Positions 19,416 to 29,056 of a stretch of 64,000 nucleotides of DNA are shown piece after piece. This DNA is from an uncultured Bacteroidales bacterium (GTDB lineage Bacteria > Bacteroidota > Bacteroidia > Bacteroidales > UBA932), in the NCBI GenBank assembly GCA_900316955.1, contig ONEX01000001.1:630-64629 (forward strand). The letters are read 5' to 3'. Position 1 is the first letter of the stretch. Each line of letters starts with the position of its first letter. Below the pieces are notes generated by a model. It was not told the DNA's origin. It did not search any database and saw nothing but the letters and a program-made list of their open reading frames with translations. Made by a program: the position numbers and the translations under genes.

Positions 19416-19700
19416 CTATAGCCGAAGCAGACACGCTTTCAGCCATTGCCTTTCAAAACAGAAATGGATGAGATGAAATGTGAGATTCTGAATGGATGCG
19501 GGCTTGATCTCCGGGGAAAAGGCATCGGTTGCCGTGAGAATCTTTTTCGGAATCCGTTGGGGAATACGAATGACGGCCTCCTCTTCCACATCGTCCACCT
19601 CTTCAAGACAGATATCCTGTCCCTGGGAATAACTGACAAAAGGAGCACTTTCCGGCAGCAAGGTCAGAAACAGCGCAAGGAAAAGTGTCAGAATCTTCAT
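19416..19700 (-). CDS. Small signal-peptide protein ending CLLRL (candidate leader peptide of the Na/Pi transporter)
   Basis: 94 aa; hydrophobic N-terminus, acidic linker, ...ERQWLKACLLRL*; 51 nt upstream of the transporter ATG. Confidence 0.7.
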   Translation of the reverse strand: MKILTLFLALFLTLLPESAPFVSYSQGQDICLEEVDDVEEEAVIRIPQRIPKKILTATDAFSPEIKPASIQNLTFHLIHFCFERQWLKACLLRL

Positions 19701-19787
19701 CTGCCAGAATCCACTGCAATTTTTATTCCGCAGATATTCCGGGAACGCCCAATACTTTTTTGCGCGTTTTTGCTATCTTTGCACTGC

Positions 19788-20192
19788 ATGAAACTCGTTG
19801 TACTCATATTATCCTTTCTACTCTCCTTCCTCTCCGGAGGAAGAACAGAGGTAGTTAATACGAGTTCACAGGATAATGGGCGGTACAGTGTATCCGAAAG
19901 TCAGTCAACAGAGAAGACTGCAGATTATACCCAAAACAGGGAGCTCTGCATAACGGCTGCGCAAGGATATACTTTTGCAGGAGGTGGCAATTCTAATTCT
20001 GTTTCGATCCGTGTCACCCAGTCCGGAAAACGGACCTCACCTCAGGTACGCTCCACTTTTCGAATCATCAAAGGTGGAAAAATCATTGATAACAACCATT
20101 TACATCCATTCCTCGCCCAATCAATCGTGCATCAGGCGGGAATGTATATTTCTGATAGATACCTGTTTTCCATTTGCAGCCTCCGGCTATAG
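19788..20192 (+). CDS. Small signal-peptide protein ending CSLRL (candidate leader peptide of the Ca/Na antiporter)
   Basis: 134 aa from MKLVVLILSFLLSFLSGG; TATCTTTG -7 box ends 6 nt before ATG; ...SDRYLFSICSLRL*. Confidence 0.7.
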   Translation: MKLVVLILSFLLSFLSGGRTEVVNTSSQDNGRYSVSESQSTEKTADYTQNRELCITAAQGYTFAGGGNSNSVSIRVTQSGKRTSPQVRSTFRIIKGGKIIDNNHLHPFLAQSIVHQAGMYISDRYLFSICSLRL

Positions 20193-20250
20193 CAGATTGT
20201 CAATGCTCTTTTGACAATCGGACAGTTATCTAATAATCAGAACAACCATC

Positions 20251-21201
20251 ATGACAATTATCTGGCTGCTGGTCGGCCTGGGGCTTATCGTCCTGGGTGC
20301 TGACTGGCTTGTTGAAGGCGCCTCCTCCATTGCCCGGAGGGCCGGCGTCAGTGAATTTGTAATCGGCCTTACTATCGTGGGCTTCGGAACTTCGTGTCCG
20401 GAACTGGTGGTAAGCCTCACGGGCGCATTGGAGGGGAATGCCGATATCGCCGTCGGCAATGTTATCGGCTCCAATATCTTCAATGTCCTGTTTATATTGG
20501 GCCTTACGGCGTTGTTATGCCCGGTCACTATGACTCAGGACAACCGCAAGAAGGATATCCCGCTTACGCTTGCTGTTACGGTTCTCTATCTGGCGATAGG
20601 CCTGAACCGCACACTTTGGGGCATCGGCCAGGCCGACAGTCTTTCCCGCTGGGAAGGTGCGCTGCTCCTTGCCATTTTCGCTGGCTATATCGTCCATTCA
20701 TTCGTAACCGGCAAACCCGCAGAAGATGCAGCTGAATCCAAGCCCCGGAAACTGTGGATAGCCATTCTCATGGTCCTTGCCGGGCTCTCCGGACTGATAT
20801 TCGGAGGCAATCTGTTCGTGAATTCTGCCACGAATCTAGCTCGGATGCTCGGTGTCAGCGACAAGTTCATCGCCGTTACGATCCTGGCCGGAGGCACATC
20901 ACTCCCGGAACTGGCCACCAGTCTCGTGGCCGCCCTCAAAGGACGGGACCAACTGGCCCTCGGCAACATCCTTGGTTCTAACGTCTTCAATATCCTCCTG
21001 ATTCTGGGCTCATCTGCCCTCATTACACCGCTTTCCTTAGCATCTGTGACATATGTCGATGCTTTGGTTCTCACGCTAAGTATGATCCTGTTGCTCCTTT
21101 GGGCTTACACAGGCCGAAGAGAGCGGATCGACCGCTGGGAAGGCGCACTGATGCTCCTGGTTTTCGGAGCCTATTACACTTATTTGTTTATCAACTTATA
21201 A
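20251..21201 (+). CDS. Calcium/sodium antiporter (CaCA, YrbG-like)
   Basis: Duplicated alpha motifs GFGTSCPEL...GNVIGSNIFN and AGGTSLPEL...GNILGSNVFN. Confidence 0.95.
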   Translation: MTIIWLLVGLGLIVLGADWLVEGASSIARRAGVSEFVIGLTIVGFGTSCPELVVSLTGALEGNADIAVGNVIGSNIFNVLFILGLTALLCPVTMTQDNRKKDIPLTLAVTVLYLAIGLNRTLWGIGQADSLSRWEGALLLAIFAGYIVHSFVTGKPAEDAAESKPRKLWIAILMVLAGLSGLIFGGNLFVNSATNLARMLGVSDKFIAVTILAGGTSLPELATSLVAALKGRDQLALGNILGSNVFNILLILGSSALITPLSLASVTYVDALVLTLSMILLLLWAYTGRRERIDRWEGALMLLVFGAYYTYLFINL

Positions 21202-21203
21202 TC

Positions 21204-21642
21204 ATGCAAATCAAATTCAAAAAAGGTTCACACCAAAAAGGACCTAATCATATCTGCCATTGTACTGGCCGCCGGCATCGGCCTCTATTTCATCAACGCC
21301 GGACTCGGAATTCTCCTCGCCTTCTGCGGCATCCTGATGCTGCTGTTCTTTAAAGGCGGCTATAAACGCGAAGGAGAAGACATCGTCCTTCAGAAGAAAG
21401 CCCTCGATGTGGCACACTCCTGCAGGGACTCCCTCAAAGGCTTCCTGGAGGGCAAAGATGTCGAACCCGATGTGAATACCAGCATCAACGGTGGCATCAT
21501 CCGCCTGGAAGTTTACTACAATGCGGCCGCGCCCGTCGCCTACGCTCAACTCTTCGACTTCTCCAATTACACCTATGAGCCCGCTACGGGCATCGTTGAA
21601 TTACGCGGCCCGAAAGCCGATCAAATCATCACTAAACTATGA
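21204..21642 (+). pseudogene. Frameshifted membrane protein, paralog of the next gene
   Basis: ATG at 21204 is out of frame with the 21337-21642 ORF; removing one A from the A6 run at 21219-21224 gives MQIKFKKVHTKKDLIISAIVLAAGIG... Confidence 0.6.
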
Positions 21643-22097
21643 AAAACCCGCAGGTAAAGAAAACGTTCCTGCCGCAGGACATCGCCGTCCTGGCGGTTAT
21701 CTTTGCGGCAGGAGCCGCCTGCTTCCTTCTGGGAGAAGGATGGGGCGGTCTGGGAGTCGTGATTCTGCTTTGTGGCGCGATGATGCTTCCTTTCTACCGA
21801 CACGGTTATCGGCTTGAAGACCGCAAAGGCCTCTATCGGCTGCAGGAAATCTCTCTTCCCCGGGACAACAAAGCCGAGATCCTTGCCTATTTGGAAGGAA
21901 AACTGGAAACCCTCGACCTGCATTCCCCGCAGCCGGGCGGCGCCCTTGTGGAAGTCTACTATCGTAAAGATGAAGACCTACGGCTTGCCCGATTCTTTGA
22001 TTATGCCGACTTCTCGCAGGGAATCGAGTATCCTCTCCATGAAGTCACTCGGGAGCAGGTCTCCACGCTGGAATCCTTTGCAACAGACAAGAAATGA
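21639..22097 (+). CDS. Hypothetical membrane protein (two N-terminal TM)
   Basis: 152 aa; ATGA overlap; resembles the upstream gene (GY..E, EVYY, LFD(Y/F) motifs). Confidence 0.75.
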   Translation: MKNPQVKKTFLPQDIAVLAVIFAAGAACFLLGEGWGGLGVVILLCGAMMLPFYRHGYRLEDRKGLYRLQEISLPRDNKAEILAYLEGKLETLDLHSPQPGGALVEVYYRKDEDLRLARFFDYADFSQGIEYPLHEVTREQVSTLESFATDKK

Positions 22098-22104
22098 TTA
22101 AAAT

Positions 22105-22150
22105 GGGCAAGTCTGGCAGGAGGCCAGATGACCTCCTGCCAGACTTGCCC
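22105..22150. terminator. Perfect 19-bp hairpin between convergent genes
   Basis: GGGCAAGTCTGGCAGGAGG-8 nt-CCTCCTGCCAGACTTGCCC; no T-tract. Confidence 0.5.
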
Positions 22151-22401
22151 CAAGACGACGTGACGGAATTACTTCAAAAGCGAGGATTAAGCCGGCGGGG
22201 ACTTTGCACTACCCTGTGTCCATCCGTATCACGTTGTCTTCTTTGATTTTCCGGCCTAAATATAGCGATTATCTCCCAATCACACTATATTGCTCAATCT
22301 CTTTCCCTTCACGATAGAGTTTCCGCCCGAGAATGGATTGGGGTCGAGGGGCTTTACTTTTCTTGCCGGAGTTGGTGAGAGGCCGATAAAGTAACTCGAA
22401 T

Positions 22402-23112
22402 TTACTTGAGGCCTTTTTCCTGCGAAAAAAGCCATTTGAGACGCTTTGAAGTAAATGCATTATCACACGCATCGCGATGACGCTGCCCGAGAAGAACATC
22501 AAATTGAACCATCCCTCCGGCCTTTTCAATTTCTGACGAAAACCACTTCAGGGCCTCATAACTCCTCTCCTCCGAGCCCACGGTGACATATAGCGGAATC
22601 CCGGTGTAGTCTGAAGGATAGGCACGCTGCGCCTGACCGGAAGCAATGATTGCCGCTGTGAACAGTTTGGGATTATCTTTCAGGAGTTTCCAAACGCCGC
22701 AGGCTCCCATTGATGCACCGCAGATATAGATTCGGGACACATCGATGTACTTTGTTTTCATATACAGGGTGATCAGGTCCTCCACACTGTCCGTATATAC
22801 GGCTTTGCCGTCACGTCCATCCCACTCTCGGTCTTCCGGACATTGAGGAACGAGAAAATAGGCAGAAACGTGATTCTTTTTAAGATAGCGGGCAATGGCC
22901 TGAACGCCTGCTTGAGAAAGTTGTTTCCGGTTATCGTCCCCGCTGGCATGCCTGCCATGAAGATAGATTACCATGGCTGCGTCTTCTTTATCTATGACAT
23001 GGCTTGCCAACTCCTGATAAAGCATCCCATTATACTCTTTGGGCTCAAACTCCTGTGCATTCATACACAAGCATAGGAGAAGGCATATAAGGGTGCTTTC
23101 GTATCGTTTCAT
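22402..23112 (-). CDS. Secreted alpha/beta hydrolase (phospholipase/carboxylesterase-like)
   Basis: Signal peptide; IYLHG, FLVPQCP, IDVSRIYICGASMG nucleophile elbow, C-terminal H. Confidence 0.85.
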   Translation of the reverse strand: MKRYESTLICLLLCLCMNAQEFEPKEYNGMLYQELASHVIDKEDAAMVIYLHGRHASGDDNRKQLSQAGVQAIARYLKKNHVSAYFLVPQCPEDREWDGRDGKAVYTDSVEDLITLYMKTKYIDVSRIYICGASMGACGVWKLLKDNPKLFTAAIIASGQAQRAYPSDYTGIPLYVTVGSEERSYEALKWFSSEIEKAGGMVQFDVLLGQRHRDACDNAFTSKRLKWLFSQEKGLK

Positions 23113-23161
23113 ACTCAGGCGGGAATTACGATTTATCGGTGTAAAGATAAGTCAATTGGCC

Positions 23162-23598
<437 letters not shown>

Positions 23599-23683
23599 AG
23601 TATTTCAAAGATCCGTTCTTGCTGAACGGGACTGCAAAGATACGGCAAAATTCTGAAACTCCAAATATTTTTGCAATTTTTTT

Positions 23684-23741
23684 AGATTCCTCGACTTCGC
23701 GGCGCTCCGCTCGGAATGACAAGGGCGCTCCGCTCGGAATG
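23684..23741. repeat. REP-like element (AGATTCC...CGCTCGGAATGACAAG) with partial tandem copy
   Basis: Shares TGTCATTCCGAGCG/GGAATCT with 53007 and 56001, and ends with 55364. Confidence 0.65.
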
Positions 23742-23748
23742 CCGGATC

Positions 23749-24954
23749 CTACCCGATATACTTCGCAATGAGCCGGACGAGGAGGTCGTTGAGGGGTTCG
23801 ACTTGGAAGTCGCCGACGGAGGCTTCGAGGTGGTCGCCGCCGACACCGCTGTCGTCGGTGAGGAAGACGTAGGTGCCGCCGGTGAGGACGGAGAAGAAGC
23901 GGCACATGAACTCGCATTCCTTGGAGGGGCTGCTGCAGAAGACGGGGATGAGCTTGACGCCTTGCTTGGCGTATTCGCGGATGGAGGCCTGGAGGCTTTC
24001 CACGACGCCCTGGTGGTCCTGATGGGCGGGAGCGTCCAGGACGAGGAAGGCGATGCGAGCGCGGGCGGAGGTGTTCCAGGCGAGGTTCTGGAGGCCGGCT
24101 TCCAGGGCCGTGTGGACGGCTTCCGGAAGGTCGCCGCCGCCGTCGGCATACTGCATGGAGATGTACTGGATGGTCTTGCGGTAATCGTCCGTGAAGGGGG
24201 AGAACTTGGTCACGTACTCATCCTGCTCGTCGCGGTAGAAGACGGCGGCGGTGCGGAGTTCGACTTCGCCCACGCCGCCCTTGGCGCGGTCCAGGATGTC
24301 CACGAGGTCCTTCTTGAGGAAGTCGATCTCGTCGCTCATGGAGCCGGTGGCGTCTACGATGAAGGCGATGTCGGCGCGCTTTTCCGCCGTATGGGCTTTG
24401 TCGATGATGTAGAAGTTCACTTCGGCCTCCTCCTGCTGGACATTCCAGGGGGAGAGCTTCGGGGCCGATGCCTGGGGCTTTCCGTCGATGGTGAGGACGA
24501 GGTTGTCCGTGCCGGCCTGGGCGTGGAACGGGTCGATCCAGAGGTCCGCCTCACCCTGGTTGTCGGTGAGCGTGCTCCAGAGGACCTTCCGGTCCTGTTC
24601 CAGGGTGATGCGAAGGGCGGGGAGCCGCTTGCCGGCGGCGTCCGCGACGCGGACGGCCACCCGGCGCGGCGTGTACATCCGCCAGTACGCCGACATCCCG
24701 CCGTAGTCCTGCGACCCCATCAGTCCGCTCCAGAAGTCCCAGTGGTCCAGGTCGTTCCATTCGCCGGCCGTGAGGACGCCGGCCTTGCCGCCCGGCCGGC
24801 CCTGGCCGCCGTTCGACATCCCTGCCGGCCCGGCGCCCGCCATCTTGTCCATGGAATACATCCCGTCGACCTCGCCCATTCTCACGTCGTAGACCGAGCA
24901 GGAAACCAGGCCCAGCAGGCCCGTAAGTGCAAGAAGTATCGTCTGTTTCATCAT
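23749..24954 (-). CDS. von Willebrand factor A domain lipoprotein
   Basis: LVSC lipobox; DIAFIVDATGSMSDEI MIDAS, GGGDLPEAV, TGGTYVFLTDDSG. Confidence 0.88.
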   Translation of the reverse strand: MMKQTILLALTGLLGLVSCSVYDVRMGEVDGMYSMDKMAGAGPAGMSNGGQGRPGGKAGVLTAGEWNDLDHWDFWSGLMGSQDYGGMSAYWRMYTPRRVAVRVADAAGKRLPALRITLEQDRKVLWSTLTDNQGEADLWIDPFHAQAGTDNLVLTIDGKPQASAPKLSPWNVQQEEAEVNFYIIDKAHTAEKRADIAFIVDATGSMSDEIDFLKKDLVDILDRAKGGVGEVELRTAAVFYRDEQDEYVTKFSPFTDDYRKTIQYISMQYADGGGDLPEAVHTALEAGLQNLAWNTSARARIAFLVLDAPAHQDHQGVVESLQASIREYAKQGVKLIPVFCSSPSKECEFMCRFFSVLTGGTYVFLTDDSGVGGDHLEASVGDFQVEPLNDLLVRLIAKYIG

Positions 24955-25102
24955 TTTCAATCAGTTATAAACCGATAAGATAATCCGGGATTGGCCCGAA
25001 CCTTGCATCAAACGAAACGAAAAATTTGCGGAAAACCGAAAAAAACGATAATTTTGAACGATTAAACGAAACGGCAATAACCATTTAAACCATTTATCTG
25101 AT

Positions 25103-25786
25103 ATGAAGAAATTCGTTCTGATGTTCCTCTGCGGAACCATGTTTCTGTCCGGCTGCGGCATTTCCAACACCGGTAAGGGCTCCCTCATCGGCTCCGGCGC
25201 AGGCGCCGCCATCGGCGCCGGCCTCGGCTATCTGATCGGCAAGGACGGCAAGGGCGCCGCCATCGGCGCGGCCATCGGTACCGCCGTGGGCGGTGGCACC
25301 GGCGCCATCATCGGCAACAAGATGGACAAGAAGGCCGAAGAACTGGCCGCCCTCGAGAACGCCCAGGTCGAGACCGTCGAGGATGTGAACGGCCTCAAGG
25401 CCATCAAGGTCACCTTCGACAGCGGTATCCTCTTCGACTTCAACAAGGCTACCCTCAAGGCCGACGCCAAGAAGAACCTCGACAAGTTCGCGGCTGAGAT
25501 GGCCGACCTGCCCGACACCGACATCACCGTCCTGGGCCACACCGACAACGTCGGTTCCGCCGAGGCGAACCAGAAGGTGTCCGACAACCGCGCCAACGCC
25601 GTGTCCAACTACCTCCAGAACAAGGGCATCGCGAAGAGCCGCATCGTCGCCGAGGGCCACTCCTTCAACGATCCGGTCGCTGACAACAGCACCGCCGAAG
25701 GCCGCGCCCAGAACCGCCGCGTCGAGATCTACATCTCCGCCAACGAGAACATGATCAAGGCCGCCGAGAACGGCACGCTCAAGTAG
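25103..25786 (+). CDS. OmpA family lipoprotein with glycine zipper
   Basis: LSGC lipobox; GAAIGA repeats; FDFNKA, GHTD, NRANAV, GRAQNRRVEI. Confidence 0.95.
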   Translation: MKKFVLMFLCGTMFLSGCGISNTGKGSLIGSGAGAAIGAGLGYLIGKDGKGAAIGAAIGTAVGGGTGAIIGNKMDKKAEELAALENAQVETVEDVNGLKAIKVTFDSGILFDFNKATLKADAKKNLDKFAAEMADLPDTDITVLGHTDNVGSAEANQKVSDNRANAVSNYLQNKGIAKSRIVAEGHSFNDPVADNSTAEGRAQNRRVEIYISANENMIKAAENGTLK

Positions 25787-25805
25787 GGTTCCCCTTCAGA
25801 TCCAG

Positions 25806-25837
25806 AGCCCGGGCTCGAAAGAGCGCGGGCTTTTTTT
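25806..25837 (+). terminator. Rho-independent terminator
   Basis: AGCCCG-G-GCTC-GAAA-GAGC-G-CGGGCT followed by T-tract. Confidence 0.85.
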
Positions 25838-26023
25838 GTGCTCGGCCCCACCGCTAATTAATTCAATAATAAATTAATGAATCAATATAAACAACATAAA
25901 ATGTAAAAATATTTTGTATTTGATTGAAATATGTATAAATTTGCCCCGAATTACTGCGACATAAGAATAAATAAGGCGCGCACGGAACGTGGAACCACTT
26001 ATCAATCAAATACCTCAACAACT

Positions 26024-29000
26024 ATGATGAAACCTACTGCAGTTAGATCTTCCTTGCTGGGACTGCTCCTCGCCTGCCTGGCCTTGGCCGGGCAGGACCT
26101 GAGGGCGCAGGCCCCGGTCACGGGGACTGTCCGGGATGGGTTCGGAGAGCCGCTCATCGGAGCCGGTGTCGTGATCGCCGGCACCAACCGGGGGACGACC
26201 ACCGACCTGGACGGCCGCTACGAGATCGTCGCGGCGCCGGACGCCGTCCTGGAGTTCTCTTACATCGGCATGGCTTCCCAGACCGTCCCGGTCGGAGGCA
26301 GGTCCGTCATCGACGTGGTCCTCACCGAGGACACGGACGTCCTGAACGAAGTCGTGGTCACGGCGCTCGGCATCAAGCGCGCCACCAAGGCGCTCAGCTA
26401 CAATGTCCAGAAAGTCGATTCCGGCAGCCTGACCACGGTCAAGTCCACGAACGTGATGAGCTCCCTCGCCGGCAAGGTGGCCGGCGTGAACATCAACACG
26501 TCCTCCGCGGGCGTGGGCGGCGCCACCCGCGTGGTGATGCGCGGCCCCAAGTCCATCGAGCAGTCCAACCAGGCCCTCTATGTGATCGACGGCGTCCCTG
26601 TCACGAACCGGAACAACGGCGAGACCGGCAGTATCTATTCCAATCCTCCGGGATCGGAAGGCATCGCGGACCTGAACCCCGAGGACATCGAGTCCATCTC
26701 CGTCCTCTCCGGCCCGGCGGCCGCCGCCCTGTACGGCTCCTCCGCCGCCCAGGGCGTGATCATGATCACGACCAAGAGGGGGCGGGAAGGCAAGGTGACC
26801 GTGAACCTGTCCAACAACACCTCCTTCTCCCATGCGTTCATCATGCCGGAGTTCCAGAACACGTACGGGAACCGCCCGGGCGAAACGATGTCCTGGGGCG
26901 CGGAAGGAACCGGCACCGGTTTCGACCCGCGCGGTTTCTTCCAGACGGGCTACGACATCCAGAACAGCGTCGCTCTCACCACGGGCACGGAGAAGAACCA
27001 GACCTACCTTTCCCTGGGCACGGACAACGCGCGCGGTATCATCGCAGGCAACACCTATGACCGCTACAACGCCGCGTTCCGCAACACGACGTCCATGCTG
27101 GACGACAAGCTCACGCTGGATTTCTCCCTGAGCTTCACGAAGGAGAAAGACGCCAACATGATGGCCCAGGGCCAGTATTTCAATCCGCTGACCGGTCTTT
27201 ATCTCTTCCCGCGCGGGGAGGATTTCAACGCGGTCCGGACCTTCGAGATCTGGGATTCCTCCCGCCAGATCCATGTCCAGAACTGGAATTACGGCAACGA
27301 CCTGTACAAGCAGAACCCCTACTGGGTGGCCCTGCGGATGAACCGCACGAACGACAAGCGCCGCTACATGGTGTCCGGCTCGCTGAAGTACCAGCCTGCC
27401 CAGTGGCTGGACATCACCGGCCGCGTCCGCTGGGACGACGCCGTCTCCAAGGGCGAGAACCAGCGCTACGCTTCCACCCACACCCTGTTCACGGCCGGCT
27501 CCCCGTACGGCTTCTACGCCTGGACCCGGACCGACGACCGGTCATTCTACGGCGACGTGATGGCCAATGTGAACAAGACCTGGGAGGACTTCTCCCTTTC
27601 CTCCAACCTGGGCACCTCCTACGCCTTGACCAATTATGAGGTGAACGGCTTCCAGGGCGGTCTCCGCGGCCCGTCCAACATCTTCTCGCCGACCGCCATC
27701 GACCACCGGACGCCGCACAACGACAACCGGCCGTCCTATACGCTCACGCTGCACAACACCATCGCGGTGTTCGCCAATGTGGAACTGGGCTGGAAGAGCA
27801 TGCTCTACCTGACCCTCACCGGCCGCGAGGACTGGGATTCCGCCCTGTCCAACACGTCCAACTACGCGTTCTTCTATCCGTCCGTGGGCCTTTCCGCCAT
27901 CCTGTCGCAGATGTTCCGCCTCCCCGAGTGGTGGAGCTACCTGAAGGTGCGCGGCAGCTGGGCTTCCGTCGGTTCCCCGATCCCGGTGAACGTGTCGTCG
28001 CCCTGGAACTGGAGCTATTCCTCCAGCAACTACGATTACCAGGCGTCCACGACCAAGTACCCGGAGACCTTCCTGCCGGAGCGCACCAACTCCTGGGAGG
28101 CGGGTCTCCAGTCCCAGTGGCTGGGCGGCGACCTGACCCTGGACGCCACCTGGTACAAGTCCAACACCTACAACCAGACGCTGTACCGGCCCGTTTCCGC
28201 GGGCACCGGCTACTCCCAGGAGCTGTATCAGTCGGGTAACGTCCAGAACATCGGCCTGGAGCTCTCCGTGGGCGTCCACAAGAAATGGGCGCGCTTCGGC
28301 TGGGATTCCAACTTCACCTATTCCATGAACCGCAACAGGATCGTCACCCTGGACCCGGAGAATCCGGACAAGATCATCGCCAAGGGCGGCCTGAACGGCA
28401 TCGGCGTGATCCTGAAACAGGGCGGCACGATGGGCGACATGTACGATTACACGACCTTCGAGCAGGACCAGGAAGGCAACGCCGCGCTGGACGCCAACGG
28501 CAACATCATCCGGAAGACCCTCAGCGACAATCCCATCTTCCGCGGGTCCGTCCTGCCCAAGGGCAACCTGGGCTGGAACAACGAATTCACCCTCGCTGGG
28601 GTGAACCTCGGCTTCCTGGTGAGCGCCCGGCTCGGCGGGATCGTGATTTCCCAGACGCAGGCCATCCTGGACGCGTACGGCGTGTCCAAGGCGTCGGCCG
28701 ACCTGCGCGCCGCCGGCGGCTATCCGGTGAACACCGGCACCATCACCGCCGAGCAGTTCTATTCCGTGGTGGGCGGCGAAGCTCCCATCTGGCAGAACTA
28801 CATCTACGACGCGACCAATGTCCGCCTGCAGGAGGCCCACATCGGCTACCACTTCCCGGCCAAGTGGCTGGGCGGCCGGAACCTGTACGTCGGCCTGACC
28901 GGCAACAACCTCCTGATGATCTACAAGCGCGCTCCGTTCGATCCCGAGTCGGTGGCCTCCACAGGCACCTACTACCAGGGCGTGGACTACTTCATGCAGC

Positions 29001-29044
29001 CGAGCCTCCGCTCCTTCGGTTTCAATGTGAGAATGAAATTCTAA
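26024..29044 (+). CDS. susC: SusC/RagA TonB-dependent transporter (PUL 1)
   Basis: Start MMKPT; CarboxypepD_reg N-terminus, EVVVTALGI, DLNPEDIESISVL..AAALYG..GVIMITTK, C-terminal F. Confidence 0.95.
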   Translation: MMKPTAVRSSLLGLLLACLALAGQDLRAQAPVTGTVRDGFGEPLIGAGVVIAGTNRGTTTDLDGRYEIVAAPDAVLEFSYIGMASQTVPVGGRSVIDVVLTEDTDVLNEVVVTALGIKRATKALSYNVQKVDSGSLTTVKSTNVMSSLAGKVAGVNINTSSAGVGGATRVVMRGPKSIEQSNQALYVIDGVPVTNRNNGETGSIYSNPPGSEGIADLNPEDIESISVLSGPAAAALYGSSAAQGVIMITTKRGREGKVTVNLSNNTSFSHAFIMPEFQNTYGNRPGETMSWGAEGTGTGFDPRGFFQTGYDIQNSVALTTGTEKNQTYLSLGTDNARGIIAGNTYDRYNAAFRNTTSMLDDKLTLDFSLSFTKEKDANMMAQGQYFNPLTGLYLFPRGEDFNAVRTFEIWDSSRQIHVQNWNYGNDLYKQNPYWVALRMNRTNDKRRYMVSGSLKYQPAQWLDITGRVRWDDAVSKGENQRYASTHTLFTAGSPYGFYAWTRTDDRSFYGDVMANVNKTWEDFSLSSNLGTSYALTNYEVNGFQGGLRGPSNIFSPTAIDHRTPHNDNRPSYTLTLHNTIAVFANVELGWKSMLYLTLTGREDWDSALSNTSNYAFFYPSVGLSAILSQMFRLPEWWSYLKVRGSWASVGSPIPVNVSSPWNWSYSSSNYDYQASTTKYPETFLPERTNSWEAGLQSQWLGGDLTLDATWYKSNTYNQTLYRPVSAGTGYSQELYQSGNVQNIGLELSVGVHKKWARFGWDSNFTYSMNRNRIVTLDPENPDKIIAKGGLNGIGVILKQGGTMGDMYDYTTFEQDQEGNAALDANGNIIRKTLSDNPIFRGSVLPKGNLGWNNEFTLAGVNLGFLVSARLGGIVISQTQAILDAYGVSKASADLRAAGGYPVNTGTITAEQFYSVVGGEAPIWQNYIYDATNVRLQEAHIGYHFPAKWLGGRNLYVGLTGNNLLMIYKRAPFDPESVASTGTYYQGVDYFMQPSLRSFGFNVRMKF

Positions 29045-29056
29045 ACGGGCACGATC

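Noticed and set aside
22269-22529. 86-aa ORF or gene remnant
   Set aside because: Overlaps the hydrolase 3' end by over 100 nt, has no motif and no clear start context
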